Assembly (NCBI GenBank): GCA_044344255.1
Contig: JBIJDH010000024.1
Span: 32,001-96,000 of the forward strand
Length of the DNA: 64,000 nucleotides
Direction of reading: 5' to 3'
Source: Myxococcota bacterium
GTDB lineage: Bacteria; Myxococcota_A; UBA796; UBA2385
Part shown: piece after piece, positions 39,629 through 49,742 of the stretch
Numbering within the stretch: position 1 is the stretch's first letter
Layout: every line of letters starts with the position of its first letter
The notes under the pieces: model-generated
Told to the model about the DNA's origin: nothing
The model's input: the letters and a program-made list of their open reading frames with translations, nothing else
Databases searched by the model: none
Position numbers and translations under genes: made by a program

Positions 39629-42006
39629 GCTCCCCCGTGCCCACCGCTCCCGCCCAGCCCGCCGACCCGCGCGCCCCCGAAAGCGGGGAGTGCGCACACT
39701 GCGGGACCCGAATGGAGGGCGCCCTGGGCGGGCCGGCCTACTGCTGCAGCGGCTGCGAGGTGGCGGCGGCCATCATCTCCGGCGCCGGCCTCGAGCGGTA
39801 CTACAGCGAGCGGGAGGCCCTGCCCCCGCGGCCCAGCGGAGACGCCCAGCACGGGTGGAGCCGGATCCCGCACCGCGAGAACGCCGACGGCACGCGCTCC
39901 GCTGAGCTCTGCATCGAGGGCCTGCGCTGCAGCTCCTGCGTCTGGGTCACCGAGAAGGTGCTCGAGCGCAGCCCGGGCGTGCGCGAGGCCACCGTCAGCT
40001 ACGCCTCGGGCCGGGCCTCCCTCCGCTGGGACCCCGCAGAGGGCGACCTCGACACCATCCTCGGCCGCGTGGGCGCGCTCGGCTACAGCCCGCGGGCGCT
40101 GACGGCCACCGGCACCTCGCCGGCCGACCGCGACCTCCTGATGCGCCTCGGCGTGGCGACCTTCTCCGCCACCAACGTGATGATGATCGCGGTCGGGGTC
40201 TACCTCGGCTGGTTCAGCGGGATGGAGGACCGCTTCAGCCGGCTCTTCCAGTGGGCCTCGCTCACGCTGGCCACGCCGGCCGCCCTCTGGTCGGCGGTGC
40301 CCTTCTACCGCGCCGCCTGGACGGGCCTGCGCCACCGGGTCCTCTCGATGGACCTGCCCGTGAGCATCGGCGTGCTCTTGATGTTCGGCCACGGCACCGC
40401 CGCGACCCTCCGCGGGGAGGACGCCTACCTCGACTCCCTGACCATGCTCGTGGCGCTGCTCCTCGCCGGGCGGGTGGTGGAGCAGCGCGGCCGCCGGGCC
40501 GCCGCCAGCGCCGCCACCACCCTCGCCGCCGAGGCCCCCCGCAGCGCCCGCCGTGTCGAGGGTGACCGGGTGGTGGAGGTCGCGCCCGAGCGCCTCCGCG
40601 TCGGTGACCTCGTGGAGATCGGCGCCGGCGGGGAGATCCCGGCCGACGGGGTCGTGGTGGCCGGGCGCGCCGGCGTGCGCATGGCCCTGCTCACGGGCGA
40701 GTCCGAGCCGGTCGCCCGCACCGAGGGGGACGCCGTCATCGCCGGTGCCGTGGTCCAAGAGGGCTCGCTGCGGGTGCGCGTCGAGGCCGCAGGCGAGGGC
40801 ACCCTCCTCTCCCGCATGGCAACCGCGCTCCGCGAGGCGGCCGACAAGCCCGCCGCGACCCGCGAGGACCGCATCGCCCCCTGGTTCACCGCGCTCACGC
40901 TCTTCGCGGCCACGGCCACGCTGACCACCCACGCCTTGCTCTCCGGGCTCTCGGCGGCCCTGCCCCCGACCGTCGCCGTGCTCGTGGTGGCCTGCCCCTG
41001 CGCCCTCGCCCTCGCCGAGCCTCTGGCCCGCGCCGCCGGCCTCGGCGCCGCCGCCCGCCGGGGGCTGCTCTTCCGCTCCGGCGACGCCGTGCTCGACCTC
41101 GCGGAGGTCACCCACATCGCCCTCGACAAGACGGGCACCGCCACCGCCGGGCGCCCCGTGGTGGTCGAGGCCGACGACAAGGTCCTCCGCATCGCCGCCG
41201 GCATCGAGCGCAACAGCATCCACCCCATCGCCCGCGCCATCGTCGACGAGGCGGTGCGGCGCGGCATCCCCCTGCCGGCCGGCCAGCTCATCTCCGAGAC
41301 GGCCGGCGAGGGCATCGTGGGCGAGGTCGACGGGGCCCGCTACACGATCGCGAGCGCCGGGCCGGGCCTCGTCTCCGTGGTCGGCGGAGGCCCCTCCGCG
41401 GGTGAGGGGCCGGCGCTCTCCGGCACCATCGTGCTCCGCGACGTGCTGCGGCGCGACGCGGCCAGCATCGTGGCGGAGCTCCAGGCCGAGGGCCTGAAGG
41501 TGACCCTGCTCACCGGAGACCACAAGGACATCGCCCGCCGCGTCGGCTGGGCCGCCGGCATCAACGACATCGTGGCCGGCGTGAAGCCCGACGAGAAGGC
41601 CGCCTGGATCCGCGCCCGGCAGGCCGAGGGTGCCCGCGTGCTCTTCGTGGGCGACGGCATCAACGACGGCCCGGCCCTCGTCGAGGCCAGCGTCGGCCTC
41701 GCGATGGGCACCGGCGCCCCCTCCTCGATGCTCGCCGCCGACGCCATCGTCGCCGTCGACGGCCTGGGCCCGATCCTCGCCGGCCTCCGCGCCGCCCGCG
41801 CCGCCGCCGCCGCCGTCCGCTCGAACCGACGCCGCTCGCTGGTCTACAATTTCAGCGCCGTGGTCGCCGCCTCCCTCGGGCTGGTCAACCCCCTCGTCGC
41901 CGCCCTCCTGATGCCCCTGTCGAGCGGGATGGTGCTCTACGGCGCCACCCGGGTAGAACGTCGAGTCCAAGCCGCCGAGCGCGCGGCCCGCCCGGTGAGA
42001 CCATGA
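39625..42006 (+). CDS. ccoI: Heavy-metal (Cu) P1B-type ATPase
   Basis: CAHCG..CCSGC, CSSC, TGES, CPC, DKTGT, HP, GDGIND, YN, MPLSS. Confidence 0.92.
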   Translation: MSSPVPTAPAQPADPRAPESGECAHCGTRMEGALGGPAYCCSGCEVAAAIISGAGLERYYSEREALPPRPSGDAQHGWSRIPHRENADGTRSAELCIEGLRCSSCVWVTEKVLERSPGVREATVSYASGRASLRWDPAEGDLDTILGRVGALGYSPRALTATGTSPADRDLLMRLGVATFSATNVMMIAVGVYLGWFSGMEDRFSRLFQWASLTLATPAALWSAVPFYRAAWTGLRHRVLSMDLPVSIGVLLMFGHGTAATLRGEDAYLDSLTMLVALLLAGRVVEQRGRRAAASAATTLAAEAPRSARRVEGDRVVEVAPERLRVGDLVEIGAGGEIPADGVVVAGRAGVRMALLTGESEPVARTEGDAVIAGAVVQEGSLRVRVEAAGEGTLLSRMATALREAADKPAATREDRIAPWFTALTLFAATATLTTHALLSGLSAALPPTVAVLVVACPCALALAEPLARAAGLGAAARRGLLFRSGDAVLDLAEVTHIALDKTGTATAGRPVVVEADDKVLRIAAGIERNSIHPIARAIVDEAVRRGIPLPAGQLISETAGEGIVGEVDGARYTIASAGPGLVSVVGGGPSAGEGPALSGTIVLRDVLRRDAASIVAELQAEGLKVTLLTGDHKDIARRVGWAAGINDIVAGVKPDEKAAWIRARQAEGARVLFVGDGINDGPALVEASVGLAMGTGAPSSMLAADAIVAVDGLGPILAGLRAARAAAAAVRSNRRRSLVYNFSAVVAASLGLVNPLVAALLMPLSSGMVLYGATRVERRVQAAERAARPVRP

Positions 42007-42137
42007 ACGCCATCCTCTTCCTGCTCCCGGTCGCCGTCGGCCTCGGCGCCTTCTTCGCCTGGAGCTTCCTCAAGGCGGTGCGAGACGGTCAGTTCGATGA
42101 CCTCGACGACCCGCCCCGGCGCATGCTGCGCGACTGA
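42003..42137 (+). CDS. ccoS: cbb3 assembly protein
   Basis: MNAILFLLPVAVGLGAFFAWSFLKAVRDGQFDDLDDPPRRMLRD. Confidence 0.9.
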   Translation: MNAILFLLPVAVGLGAFFAWSFLKAVRDGQFDDLDDPPRRMLRD

Positions 42138-42187
42138 CCCCGGGTGACCGTCCACCTGTGGAGGCTCCCCGGTCCGAGGTTCTCCGG

Positions 42188-42940
42188 TCAGAGGCTCCCG
42201 GGCGCGATGCCGCTGCCGTCTGGGCGGACCATCACCTCGTGCGCCCCTTGGTAGTGCGGGCCGAGCGCGGTGGCGCGGCGGCTCACGTGGTCGAGCATCT
42301 CCCGCAGCGAGGACAGGGCCCAGCGGGTGGCGACCTCATCGGGCACGATGCCGCCGATGAGGGTGTGCACCTGATAGACCGCCAGCGTCCCGCCGCCCGC
42401 GCTGGCCAGGAACCAGGCCCCGTCATTGGCGGGGAGCCAGACCCCCTCCGGATCGGGGTGGGTGGCGAGGGTGGGGTCCGCGAGGGTCCAGGTGCGCTCC
42501 CAGACCCGCCCCTCGGTCGCCTGGTAGAGCGCGCGGTTGTTGGAGAGGTCAATCACCCACTGGCGATCGGTGAGCGGCCAGGGGAGGTCGATGTGCTGGA
42601 AGAGCAGCTTCCGGTTGGGGGTGGTGCCGGGGAGCTGCTCCTCGCGGAGCCCGGAGACGATGGTGTCGTGCTTGTCGTCGAGGATGGCGATCCAGAGCGC
42701 CTCCTTCGAGAGGGGCGACCACATCGCCCCCTGCGCCCGGTCTGTCCCGGAACCCGACACCCGCCGCCGGACCGTCTCTCCGGCGGCGATACGCCGGAGG
42801 TCGGCCTCGGAGAGCCGCGGCGGCATGCGACCCTCCGACCGCAGCGCCGGCCCGAGCGCCGCCCAGTCGGCGATCAGGGCCGCAGGATCCGGCCCGGCGA
42901 GGGCCACTTGGAGCAGCAGCGAGGCGAGGAGCAGGCTCAA
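42188..42940 (-). CDS. Secreted START/SRPBCC-like protein
   Basis: Signal peptide; DLPWPLTDRQW; GGIVPD. Confidence 0.6.
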   Translation of the reverse strand: MSLLLASLLLQVALAGPDPAALIADWAALGPALRSEGRMPPRLSEADLRRIAAGETVRRRVSGSGTDRAQGAMWSPLSKEALWIAILDDKHDTIVSGLREEQLPGTTPNRKLLFQHIDLPWPLTDRQWVIDLSNNRALYQATEGRVWERTWTLADPTLATHPDPEGVWLPANDGAWFLASAGGGTLAVYQVHTLIGGIVPDEVATRWALSSLREMLDHVSRRATALGPHYQGAHEVMVRPDGSGIAPGSL

Positions 42941-43335
42941 TCGAGGCTTCGCAGCAGCGCCGGCAAGCGACGGAGGAGCTCGTCGCGGGTGGCCCGATAG
43001 GCCTCGAGCCGCTCCTCGGGGGGAGCGGAGGAGGGGTCTGGCAGGGGCCAGGCGACCCGACGGGTGGGGAGCTTCGCGCCCGGGCAGTCCCGCTCGGCCG
43101 CCAGGGTCACGAGCAGGGCGGTCTCCTCGAAGGGGGTCTCGCCGATGGCCCGCGCCCGCAAGAAGGCGGCGTCGATGCTCATCTCCCGCAGCACCTGCTT
43201 GACCTCCGGCCGCACGTGGGAGGGCCGCAGGCCCGCCGACCAGACCTCGAGGTCGGGCCGGATGTGGCGGGCGATCGCCTCAGCGAGGGGCGAGCGGGCG
43301 CTGTTTGTGTCGCAGACGAAGAGGACGAGGGGCAT
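42937..43335 (-). CDS. LMW phosphatase / thioredoxin-type arsenate reductase family
   Basis: LFVCDTNSARS, SAG, WPLPDP. Confidence 0.85.
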   Translation of the reverse strand: MPLVLFVCDTNSARSPLAEAIARHIRPDLEVWSAGLRPSHVRPEVKQVLREMSIDAAFLRARAIGETPFEETALLVTLAAERDCPGAKLPTRRVAWPLPDPSSAPPEERLEAYRATRDELLRRLPALLRSLD

Positions 43336-43420
43336 CGGCAGACCTTGTGCGGCGCAGCCTAGCTGCCACAGGGCCACTTGCCCAGGGGTCGCACCGTCGA
43401 CGGGCTCGCGCGCGTTAGCG

Positions 43421-44125
43421 GTGCGGGTGCTCGCCCTCCTGCTGCTCGCCTGCGTCGCCGCGCCCGCGCCTGAGGCGGCCCGCTCCACCCTCGTCTGGTG
43501 GGCCTGGGAGCAGCCTGAGGACCTGCGGGGGCTGCCCGCTCCCGAGGAGGTCGCCGCCCTGCTCCGCACCCTCCGGGACGAGGGGGGCGCCCTCCAGGTG
43601 ATCCCGCGGCGCCAGCCCCTCCGCATCGACCCCGGCACGCCGCTCACGGCGGTGGTCCGCCTCGAGCTCGACGGGCAGCCCCTCATCGAGGAGGTGGTCG
43701 CGGCGCTGCTCCCCGCCGTCTCTCGCCCGGAGGTGGTCCGCCTACAGCTCGACTTCGACGCCCGCGCCTCTCAACGCGCCTGGTACCGCGCCCTGCTGGA
43801 GGCGCTGCGGCCGCGCCTCTCTGTGCCCCTCTCCATCACGGCCCTCGCCTCCTGGTGCACGGGAGACCCCTGGCTGGAGGGGGCGCCGATCGACGAGCAG
43901 GTGCCGATGCTCTTCGACCTCGGCGCCGACGCGCCCGTCCTCCAGGCCCGCCTCGCGCGGGGAGGCGACGTGCTCCCTGACTGCCAGTCCGCCTGGGGGC
44001 TGTCGTCGGCAGGCGAGCTGTTTCCGCCGCCCTCCCCGCGGAGGATCTACCTCTTCCACCCAGGCCCGGGCTCGGCCGAGGCGCGGGCCGGCTTGCGCCA
44101 GCGGCTGGCCAGAACGGCGGGATAA
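43421..44125 (+). CDS. DUF3142-like protein
   Basis: WAWEQPEDL, LQLDFDARAS, LSITALASWC, VPMLF. Confidence 0.7.
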   Translation: MRVLALLLLACVAAPAPEAARSTLVWWAWEQPEDLRGLPAPEEVAALLRTLRDEGGALQVIPRRQPLRIDPGTPLTAVVRLELDGQPLIEEVVAALLPAVSRPEVVRLQLDFDARASQRAWYRALLEALRPRLSVPLSITALASWCTGDPWLEGAPIDEQVPMLFDLGADAPVLQARLARGGDVLPDCQSAWGLSSAGELFPPPSPRRIYLFHPGPGSAEARAGLRQRLARTAG

Positions 44126-44134
44126 GGTCAGCCG

Positions 44135-46219
44135 ATGCTCCTGCTCGCCCTCCTCGCCTCGCTCGCTCCCGCCGTCGCCTGCGGCCCCTTCATCGAGAGC
44201 ACCGTGTTCTCCTACGAGCGGCACCCCGAGCCCCCGCTCGCCGCCTTCGTCGCCGGGCCCCCAGGGGTGATCCACCCCCGCTGGCTGGACAGCTTCCAGG
44301 TCGCGGCCTGGCGCGCGATGATCGGGCGCCCCCTCTCGGTCACCGAGCAGGCGGCCTTTCGAGAGGCCTGGGCGGTCGAGCTCACGAACGGGAGCCCAGC
44401 CTCCCCCGGCCTCGACGCCTGGACGGAGGCCCGCGCCAAGCTGCCCGATCCGCCGCCGGTCAACCCCTCTCGAGAAGACCCGGCCACCTGGAGCGCCTGG
44501 ACGAACTGCGGCGACGACGCCTTTCGAGTGGCCGCGGCGACGCTGCGGCGCCTGTCGGTCGCCGATCCCGAGGGGGAGCGTGACGACTGGCTCGCCGCCC
44601 AAGACCGCGTCTTCGCCGCCTGCTCCGACGCCGCCGCCCCCGCGCCGAGAGACGCCCCGCCGCGGGCCTCCCGTTGGCTGAAAGAGGAGCGCGACTGGCA
44701 GGTGGCGGCCTGGTATTTCTATCAGGGCCGCTGGGACGAGGCCGACCAGGCCTTTACGCCCCTCGCCCGCATCGGCCCGCGCTCCGAGGAGGCCGAGCTC
44801 GTGCGGGCTCGAATCCAGGTGCGGCGCTACAGCCTCAGCGACTTCAAGGACGCCGAGGCCGGCGCACGCGCGCGAAAGATGCTCCAGGACATCCTCGACA
44901 ACAAGCGCCTCGCCTCTGTTCACGCGAGCGCCACCCGGCTGCTCGACTACGTCTCCTTTCATGCCGCGCCCGTGGTGCAGCGGGACGCCCTCGCCAGTCA
45001 GCTCTCGGCGGGCCCGGCCACCGTCCACAAGCTGCGCGACTTCACACTGCTGATGGACCGCACCCTCGACACCGACGGCACCAACGGGATGGTGGAGTGG
45101 ATTCGGGTCTATCACCGCGGCCTCGGCGCGCCCGACTACGCCCAGCGCCGCTGGGAGAAGGGGCATGAGCTGCCCTGGCTGGTCGCCGCCCTGTCCCGGG
45201 CCGACCCCCGCGGGCCCGCCTGGGCCCGCCTCGCCGCCGACGCGGAGGCCGTGCCGCTACCGGACCCCGCCCGCCCCACCCTCGACCTCTCCCTCCTGCA
45301 GGGGGAGGTCTCCCGCGGCGAGGAGGCCGCCGCCCGCGCCCGCGGCGACCGCCTCCTCCGCGACACCCGCGCCTACTCCGACCGCAACATGATCGCCGCC
45401 CTGCGGCTGATCGTCGCCGCCTCCGCCGAGGAGTGGCTCTCGCTCGCGGTCGCCCAGCCCGTGGCCTGGGGCTTTGACGAGGGGCAGTACGACTGGTTCG
45501 GCGACGTCGCGATCGGCCCGGGGCCCACCTCGGGGCAGGTCGTGCCCCGCGGCCTCCTCCGCGGCGCGGCCCTCACCTGGGGCCTCGACCTCCCCCAAGA
45601 CCTGCTGCTCGACCTCGCCCCCCGCCTGGACCCTGCGCCCCGGCCCCGCGCCCTCCTCTCCGTTTGGACCCGCGCGGCGGTGCTCGGCCACGACAGCACC
45701 TACGCGGCCCTCGGGCCCCGCCTCGCCGTCGAGGTGCCCGAGGCGAGCGCGATGGTCGAGGAGGTCCGCGCCGCCCGCAGCGCGAAGGAGCGCCGCTTCG
45801 CCGCCGCCCTCGGCCTCCTCCGCCTCCCCGGGAGCCGCTACATCCCCGACGCGGGGGTCGGCCGGAGGACGCCGATCGATCAGATCGATGACTACCGCGA
45901 CAACTGGTGGTGCGCGGTCACCGGCGCGCCGCCGCCGCCGAGCTTCCTCACCGACGCCGAGCGGCGCCGCGCCGCCGAGGAGCAGGTCACCCTCATCGCC
46001 GCCGGCAGCGGGCCGGTGGCCCTCGGGCAGATCGTGCTCGACTGGGTGGGCGGGCACAAGTCCGACCCCCGCTCCGCCGAGGCGCTGGCCCGCATCGTGC
46101 GCGCCACCCGCTACTCCTGCGGAGGGAACGCCGCGATCTCCCAGCGCGCCTTCAAGCTGCTCCAGAAGGACTACAAGGACACGGCGTGGGCGAAGGACAC
46201 GCCCTACTGGTATGACTGA
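44135..46219 (+). CDS. Large secreted helical protein, DUF3142 partner
   Basis: Signal ending ACGP; NCGDDAF, RDNWWC, RATRYSC, TPYWY. Confidence 0.7.
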   Translation: MLLLALLASLAPAVACGPFIESTVFSYERHPEPPLAAFVAGPPGVIHPRWLDSFQVAAWRAMIGRPLSVTEQAAFREAWAVELTNGSPASPGLDAWTEARAKLPDPPPVNPSREDPATWSAWTNCGDDAFRVAAATLRRLSVADPEGERDDWLAAQDRVFAACSDAAAPAPRDAPPRASRWLKEERDWQVAAWYFYQGRWDEADQAFTPLARIGPRSEEAELVRARIQVRRYSLSDFKDAEAGARARKMLQDILDNKRLASVHASATRLLDYVSFHAAPVVQRDALASQLSAGPATVHKLRDFTLLMDRTLDTDGTNGMVEWIRVYHRGLGAPDYAQRRWEKGHELPWLVAALSRADPRGPAWARLAADAEAVPLPDPARPTLDLSLLQGEVSRGEEAAARARGDRLLRDTRAYSDRNMIAALRLIVAASAEEWLSLAVAQPVAWGFDEGQYDWFGDVAIGPGPTSGQVVPRGLLRGAALTWGLDLPQDLLLDLAPRLDPAPRPRALLSVWTRAAVLGHDSTYAALGPRLAVEVPEASAMVEEVRAARSAKERRFAAALGLLRLPGSRYIPDAGVGRRTPIDQIDDYRDNWWCAVTGAPPPPSFLTDAERRRAAEEQVTLIAAGSGPVALGQIVLDWVGGHKSDPRSAEALARIVRATRYSCGGNAAISQRAFKLLQKDYKDTAWAKDTPYWYD

Positions 46220-46311
46220 GATTGGACTGGGTAGGACGGAGGCTGCGGCGCGCCGCAAACTGGCGCCGCCCGACGCGCGCCGATAGCCGGCTGTCCCTTC
46301 GGAGCCCGGCC

Positions 46312-47523
46312 ATGCGCAACGTCGTCTTTGTCCTCCCCTTCCCCTTCGAGGAGTCGCTGCGCTTCCTCCGCGCGGTCGCCGCGCTCCCCGACGTGCGGGT
46401 GCTCGGGGTCCACCAGCGGGCCCCGACGCGGGAAGAGGCGCCCCTCCACGACGCGGTCGAGATCGCCGATGGCCTCGACCCCCAGCAGATCATCACCGGC
46501 ATCGAGATCCTGCGCCGCAAGCACGGCCCCATCTCCCGGATCGTGGGCGTGCTCGAACCCCTCCAACACGCGCTGGCCGTGGCCCGCGAGCACTTTGACG
46601 TGCCCGGGCCCCGCCCCGCCACCGCCGAGCGCTTCCGCGACAAGGCCGTGATGAAGGACGCCCTGCGCGCCGCTGGGATCCCCTGCGCCCGCCACAGCCT
46701 CCTCACCTGCGCCGCCGACGCCCAGGCCTTCGTGCGCCACGTGGGCTTCCCGATCGTGATGAAGCCGCCGCAGGGGGTGGGCTGCCGCTCCACCTACCGC
46801 ATCGACGGCCCCGCCGAGCTCGCCGCCGCCCTCCAGGACACCCGCCCGAGCCCCGGCCGCCCCGTGCTCGCCGAGGAGTTCCTCACCGGCGAGGAGCGCA
46901 CCTTCGACGCCCTCACCCTCGGCGGAGAGGTGGTCTTCCACTCGATCAGCCACTACCGGCCGAGCCCGCTCGACGCGATGCGCAACCCTTGGATCCAGTA
47001 TGTGGTCCAGCTCCCGCGTGACATCTCCGGGCCCGAGTACGCAGGCGCCCGCGACATCGGCGTCCGCACCATCCGCGCCCTCGGCCTCGACCACGGCATG
47101 ACCCACATGGAGTGGTTCCGCCGCGCCGACGGCTCCGTGGCGGTCGGCGAGATCGCGATGCGGCCCCCCGGCGTGAACCTCGTCCCGATGATGAACGAGG
47201 CCTACGAGACGAGCCTCTACCGGGCCTGGGCCCGCGCCGTGGTCGACCAGGCCTTTGACGGCCCCTGGCGCCGCCGCTGGTCGGTGGGCTGCGCCTTCCT
47301 CCGGGGCACCGGCCGGGGCCGCGTGGTCGCCGTCGAGGGCCTCGAGGAGGCCCAGCGCGCCGTAAAGGGCATGGTGGTGAGCGCCCGCCTCCCCCGCTAC
47401 GGCCAGCCCAAGGCCGACGGCTACGAGGGGGAGGGCTTCGTGATCCTCCGCCACGAGGACGACGGGGCCCTGTCCCAGGCCCTGTCGACCCTCATCGAGA
47501 CCGTGAAGGTCCGCTACGCCTGA
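46312..47523 (+). CDS. ATP-grasp domain protein
   Basis: RDKAVMK, GFPIVMKP..GVG, EEFLTG, THMEWF, EIAMRPPG. Confidence 0.85.
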   Translation: MRNVVFVLPFPFEESLRFLRAVAALPDVRVLGVHQRAPTREEAPLHDAVEIADGLDPQQIITGIEILRRKHGPISRIVGVLEPLQHALAVAREHFDVPGPRPATAERFRDKAVMKDALRAAGIPCARHSLLTCAADAQAFVRHVGFPIVMKPPQGVGCRSTYRIDGPAELAAALQDTRPSPGRPVLAEEFLTGEERTFDALTLGGEVVFHSISHYRPSPLDAMRNPWIQYVVQLPRDISGPEYAGARDIGVRTIRALGLDHGMTHMEWFRRADGSVAVGEIAMRPPGVNLVPMMNEAYETSLYRAWARAVVDQAFDGPWRRRWSVGCAFLRGTGRGRVVAVEGLEEAQRAVKGMVVSARLPRYGQPKADGYEGEGFVILRHEDDGALSQALSTLIETVKVRYA

Positions 47524-47530
47524 CGCAGGG

Positions 47531-48244
47531 TCAAGGGTGGCTCGCTGGCTCCTCGGCAAGGCGGAGGGCCTGGAGCACCTGCAGCCCGGCTCGCTCCGCC
47601 CGCGCAAGGTCGAGCGGAGTACCCGGGCACCCCGATGCACCCGCCACCTCCGCGGTGCGGACCATCGCGCCCAAGCCTCGTCGCCGACACTCCCGCACAA
47701 AGAGTGGGTTGACACCCTCGAGACCGTCCAACAGAGCCTCCTGGTGCGCACGGTCCTCCTGCAAGCGCTCAGCGGAGGCGTCTCGTGCCCAGGAGTCGCG
47801 GACGATCAGCGGCGCATGACCGAGCTCGAACAACGCAGCGACAAAGGTCGCGCAGGTCAGTCCGGACCCCGACCCCGAGGAAGTGAGCGCACCGTCTCGA
47901 CGGAAGGCCTGCTCCATATTCAAGCCAAACGGAAGCATCGCCTCACGCTCCCAGCGATCTCGGACGATGTCTGCGGCAAGCAACACACCTTCGAGGATCT
48001 CGTGCGGCAGGGCTGGCTTCACGAGGCGGAGCGTACGGTCCGGATCGAAGACGCGTTGCTCCAACGGCTCGAATGGCTGCTGGCTGAGGTAGAGAGCGTC
48101 ACTCCCGGCTTCACCGGCTACGACAACCCCAACGTGGGAGGCGTCCGGGAGGATCGCCACCGCGACCAGGAGCCCATCCTGGAGCGCGGAGTGAGCCGGG
48201 AGGAGGCAGGGAGGGTCGTCGGCCTCCGCGGCTGTGACGCTCAA
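47531..48244 (-). CDS. Hypothetical protein, possible permuted papain/NlpC-P60-like enzyme
   Basis: TTG start overlaps the upstream stop; SHVGVV precedes GLTCATFV. Confidence 0.55.
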   Translation of the reverse strand: MSVTAAEADDPPCLLPAHSALQDGLLVAVAILPDASHVGVVVAGEAGSDALYLSQQPFEPLEQRVFDPDRTLRLVKPALPHEILEGVLLAADIVRDRWEREAMLPFGLNMEQAFRRDGALTSSGSGSGLTCATFVAALFELGHAPLIVRDSWARDASAERLQEDRAHQEALLDGLEGVNPLFVRECRRRGLGAMVRTAEVAGASGCPGTPLDLARAERAGLQVLQALRLAEEPASHP

Positions 48245-49665
48245 GACAGGCGCTCCAGCCAACGCTCGACCTCTGCGCTCAGAGGGCCCTCGCGCTCCAA
48301 ATCGCTCCGGAACCAAGACACGAGCTCGGCGCGCCCCTCGACCGGCCAGGGTGACCGAACGGTGGACAACAGCACGGCCCGAACCAACGGCCGCCGGAGC
48401 GCCCGCGCGGACACCTCTCGCACCAAGGCCGCGGCGAGCTCGCGGTCGTACGCGTACTGCATGTCGTCCGCGAGCTGAGCGAGGACCACCGCACCCTCAC
48501 GTGGGCGCCCCCTCTCGTCGGCCGCGAGGGCTCGAGACACGGCTGCCGAGACGAGCGAGCTCCGCCGCATCGCCTCCCCCCGCGCTGCGGCGAGCACCAG
48601 GGGATCGACCGCCCCATCCTCCCCGGGGAGCGCTGGCAGCGGAGCGCAGCCCGGCGAAGGGGAATCCACCGGCGGGAGCTCCACATCGCACGCAGCATAC
48701 TCCTTGGTGTCCACCAGGTGCCGATGGGTCGCCCAACGCGGGAGGTAGCCCTGATTGACGAGCTGATATTGGGCGACCCCAACGGTCGCCTTGAAGACAT
48801 CCACGACGCGCCGGACACGCTCCGCGCAGGCTGCGGAGCCGCCCGCAGGCCCCCCATCCGGCGGGCCGAACAGTTCAATCAGGCCCTGCAACGGAACGAG
48901 CAATTCGGCAGCGAACCCCTTTGCGCGCGACTCCGCGAGGTCCTTGGTCTCCGACCCGTCCTCCTTGTCTTCGGTGTCCAGGGTGAGGACAGTGCCACCC
49001 GCAGCCGGCGAATCATAGAGAATGTGGCAAATCTCGTGGGCGATGTCCACACGCGCTGACCTGGGCTCGATTGGCCGCGCCTCCGCGATCACCGCAGCCG
49101 CAGCCGAGCGATCGGCAGCCATCACCGCCACCGCGCGCAAGCCCGAGGATCGAAGACGACGATGGAGGACCGGTATCCCCAGCTCCGCGGCGAGCGAGAC
49201 CAGGTCGGGTACCGGCTTGCTCCCCAAGCCCCGCTCGTGCCGCAGCCGACGGGCGAGGCGATAGCCCTGTTGAGCTGCCGCCGTGGGGTAGGTGGCCGAG
49301 ATGACAACCGGGAGAGGGGGGGGCAACCGCGCGTCCGGGGAGCAAGCGCGCGCGGCCCAGTCGCGACCGCAGCGCAGCGCCTCCAGGAGCGTCGAAACAT
49401 CCGCGCCGTCCAGCGAGCCGAAGGGACCTCGAAATGTGAAGAACCTCGCGATGGACGGATCATCATCGGCCGGGGTGAGCACATCAAAGGCCCACGCGCC
49501 CCGGTGCAAACCCAGCGCCGCCGTCACCGCTCGCACGACCTCGGGCTCCCGCTCTGGCGCGCTCTCCGCACGGAGGAGTTCCGCCACCGAGACCTCCGCC
49601 CCGGCCGCGAGCTCCGCAGCGGACAAGCCCGCGAGGTGCCGCAGCGCGGAGAGATCGCGAAACAT
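48241..49665 (-). CDS. HTH plus ImmA/IrrE-family metallopeptidase with an extra C-terminal helical domain
   Basis: N-terminal XRE-like HTH; AHEICH; ESRAKGFAAELLVP; AGGAGG RBS. Confidence 0.85.
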   Translation of the reverse strand: MFRDLSALRHLAGLSAAELAAGAEVSVAELLRAESAPEREPEVVRAVTAALGLHRGAWAFDVLTPADDDPSIARFFTFRGPFGSLDGADVSTLLEALRCGRDWAARACSPDARLPPPLPVVISATYPTAAAQQGYRLARRLRHERGLGSKPVPDLVSLAAELGIPVLHRRLRSSGLRAVAVMAADRSAAAAVIAEARPIEPRSARVDIAHEICHILYDSPAAGGTVLTLDTEDKEDGSETKDLAESRAKGFAAELLVPLQGLIELFGPPDGGPAGGSAACAERVRRVVDVFKATVGVAQYQLVNQGYLPRWATHRHLVDTKEYAACDVELPPVDSPSPGCAPLPALPGEDGAVDPLVLAAARGEAMRRSSLVSAAVSRALAADERGRPREGAVVLAQLADDMQYAYDRELAAALVREVSARALRRPLVRAVLLSTVRSPWPVEGRAELVSWFRSDLEREGPLSAEVERWLERLS

Positions 49666-49742
49666 TACTTACCTCCTACCCATCTCGACTTCTAACCCGT
49701 CGCAGGTCGCCTCGCCATGCGAAGACCGAGTCGCCCCCGCGC

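Noticed and set aside
47537..48478. 313-aa plus-strand ORF opposite the papain-like gene
   Set aside because: No motifs; the minus-strand frame is coupled to the ImmA gene and is the better candidate, although the strand choice is not proven
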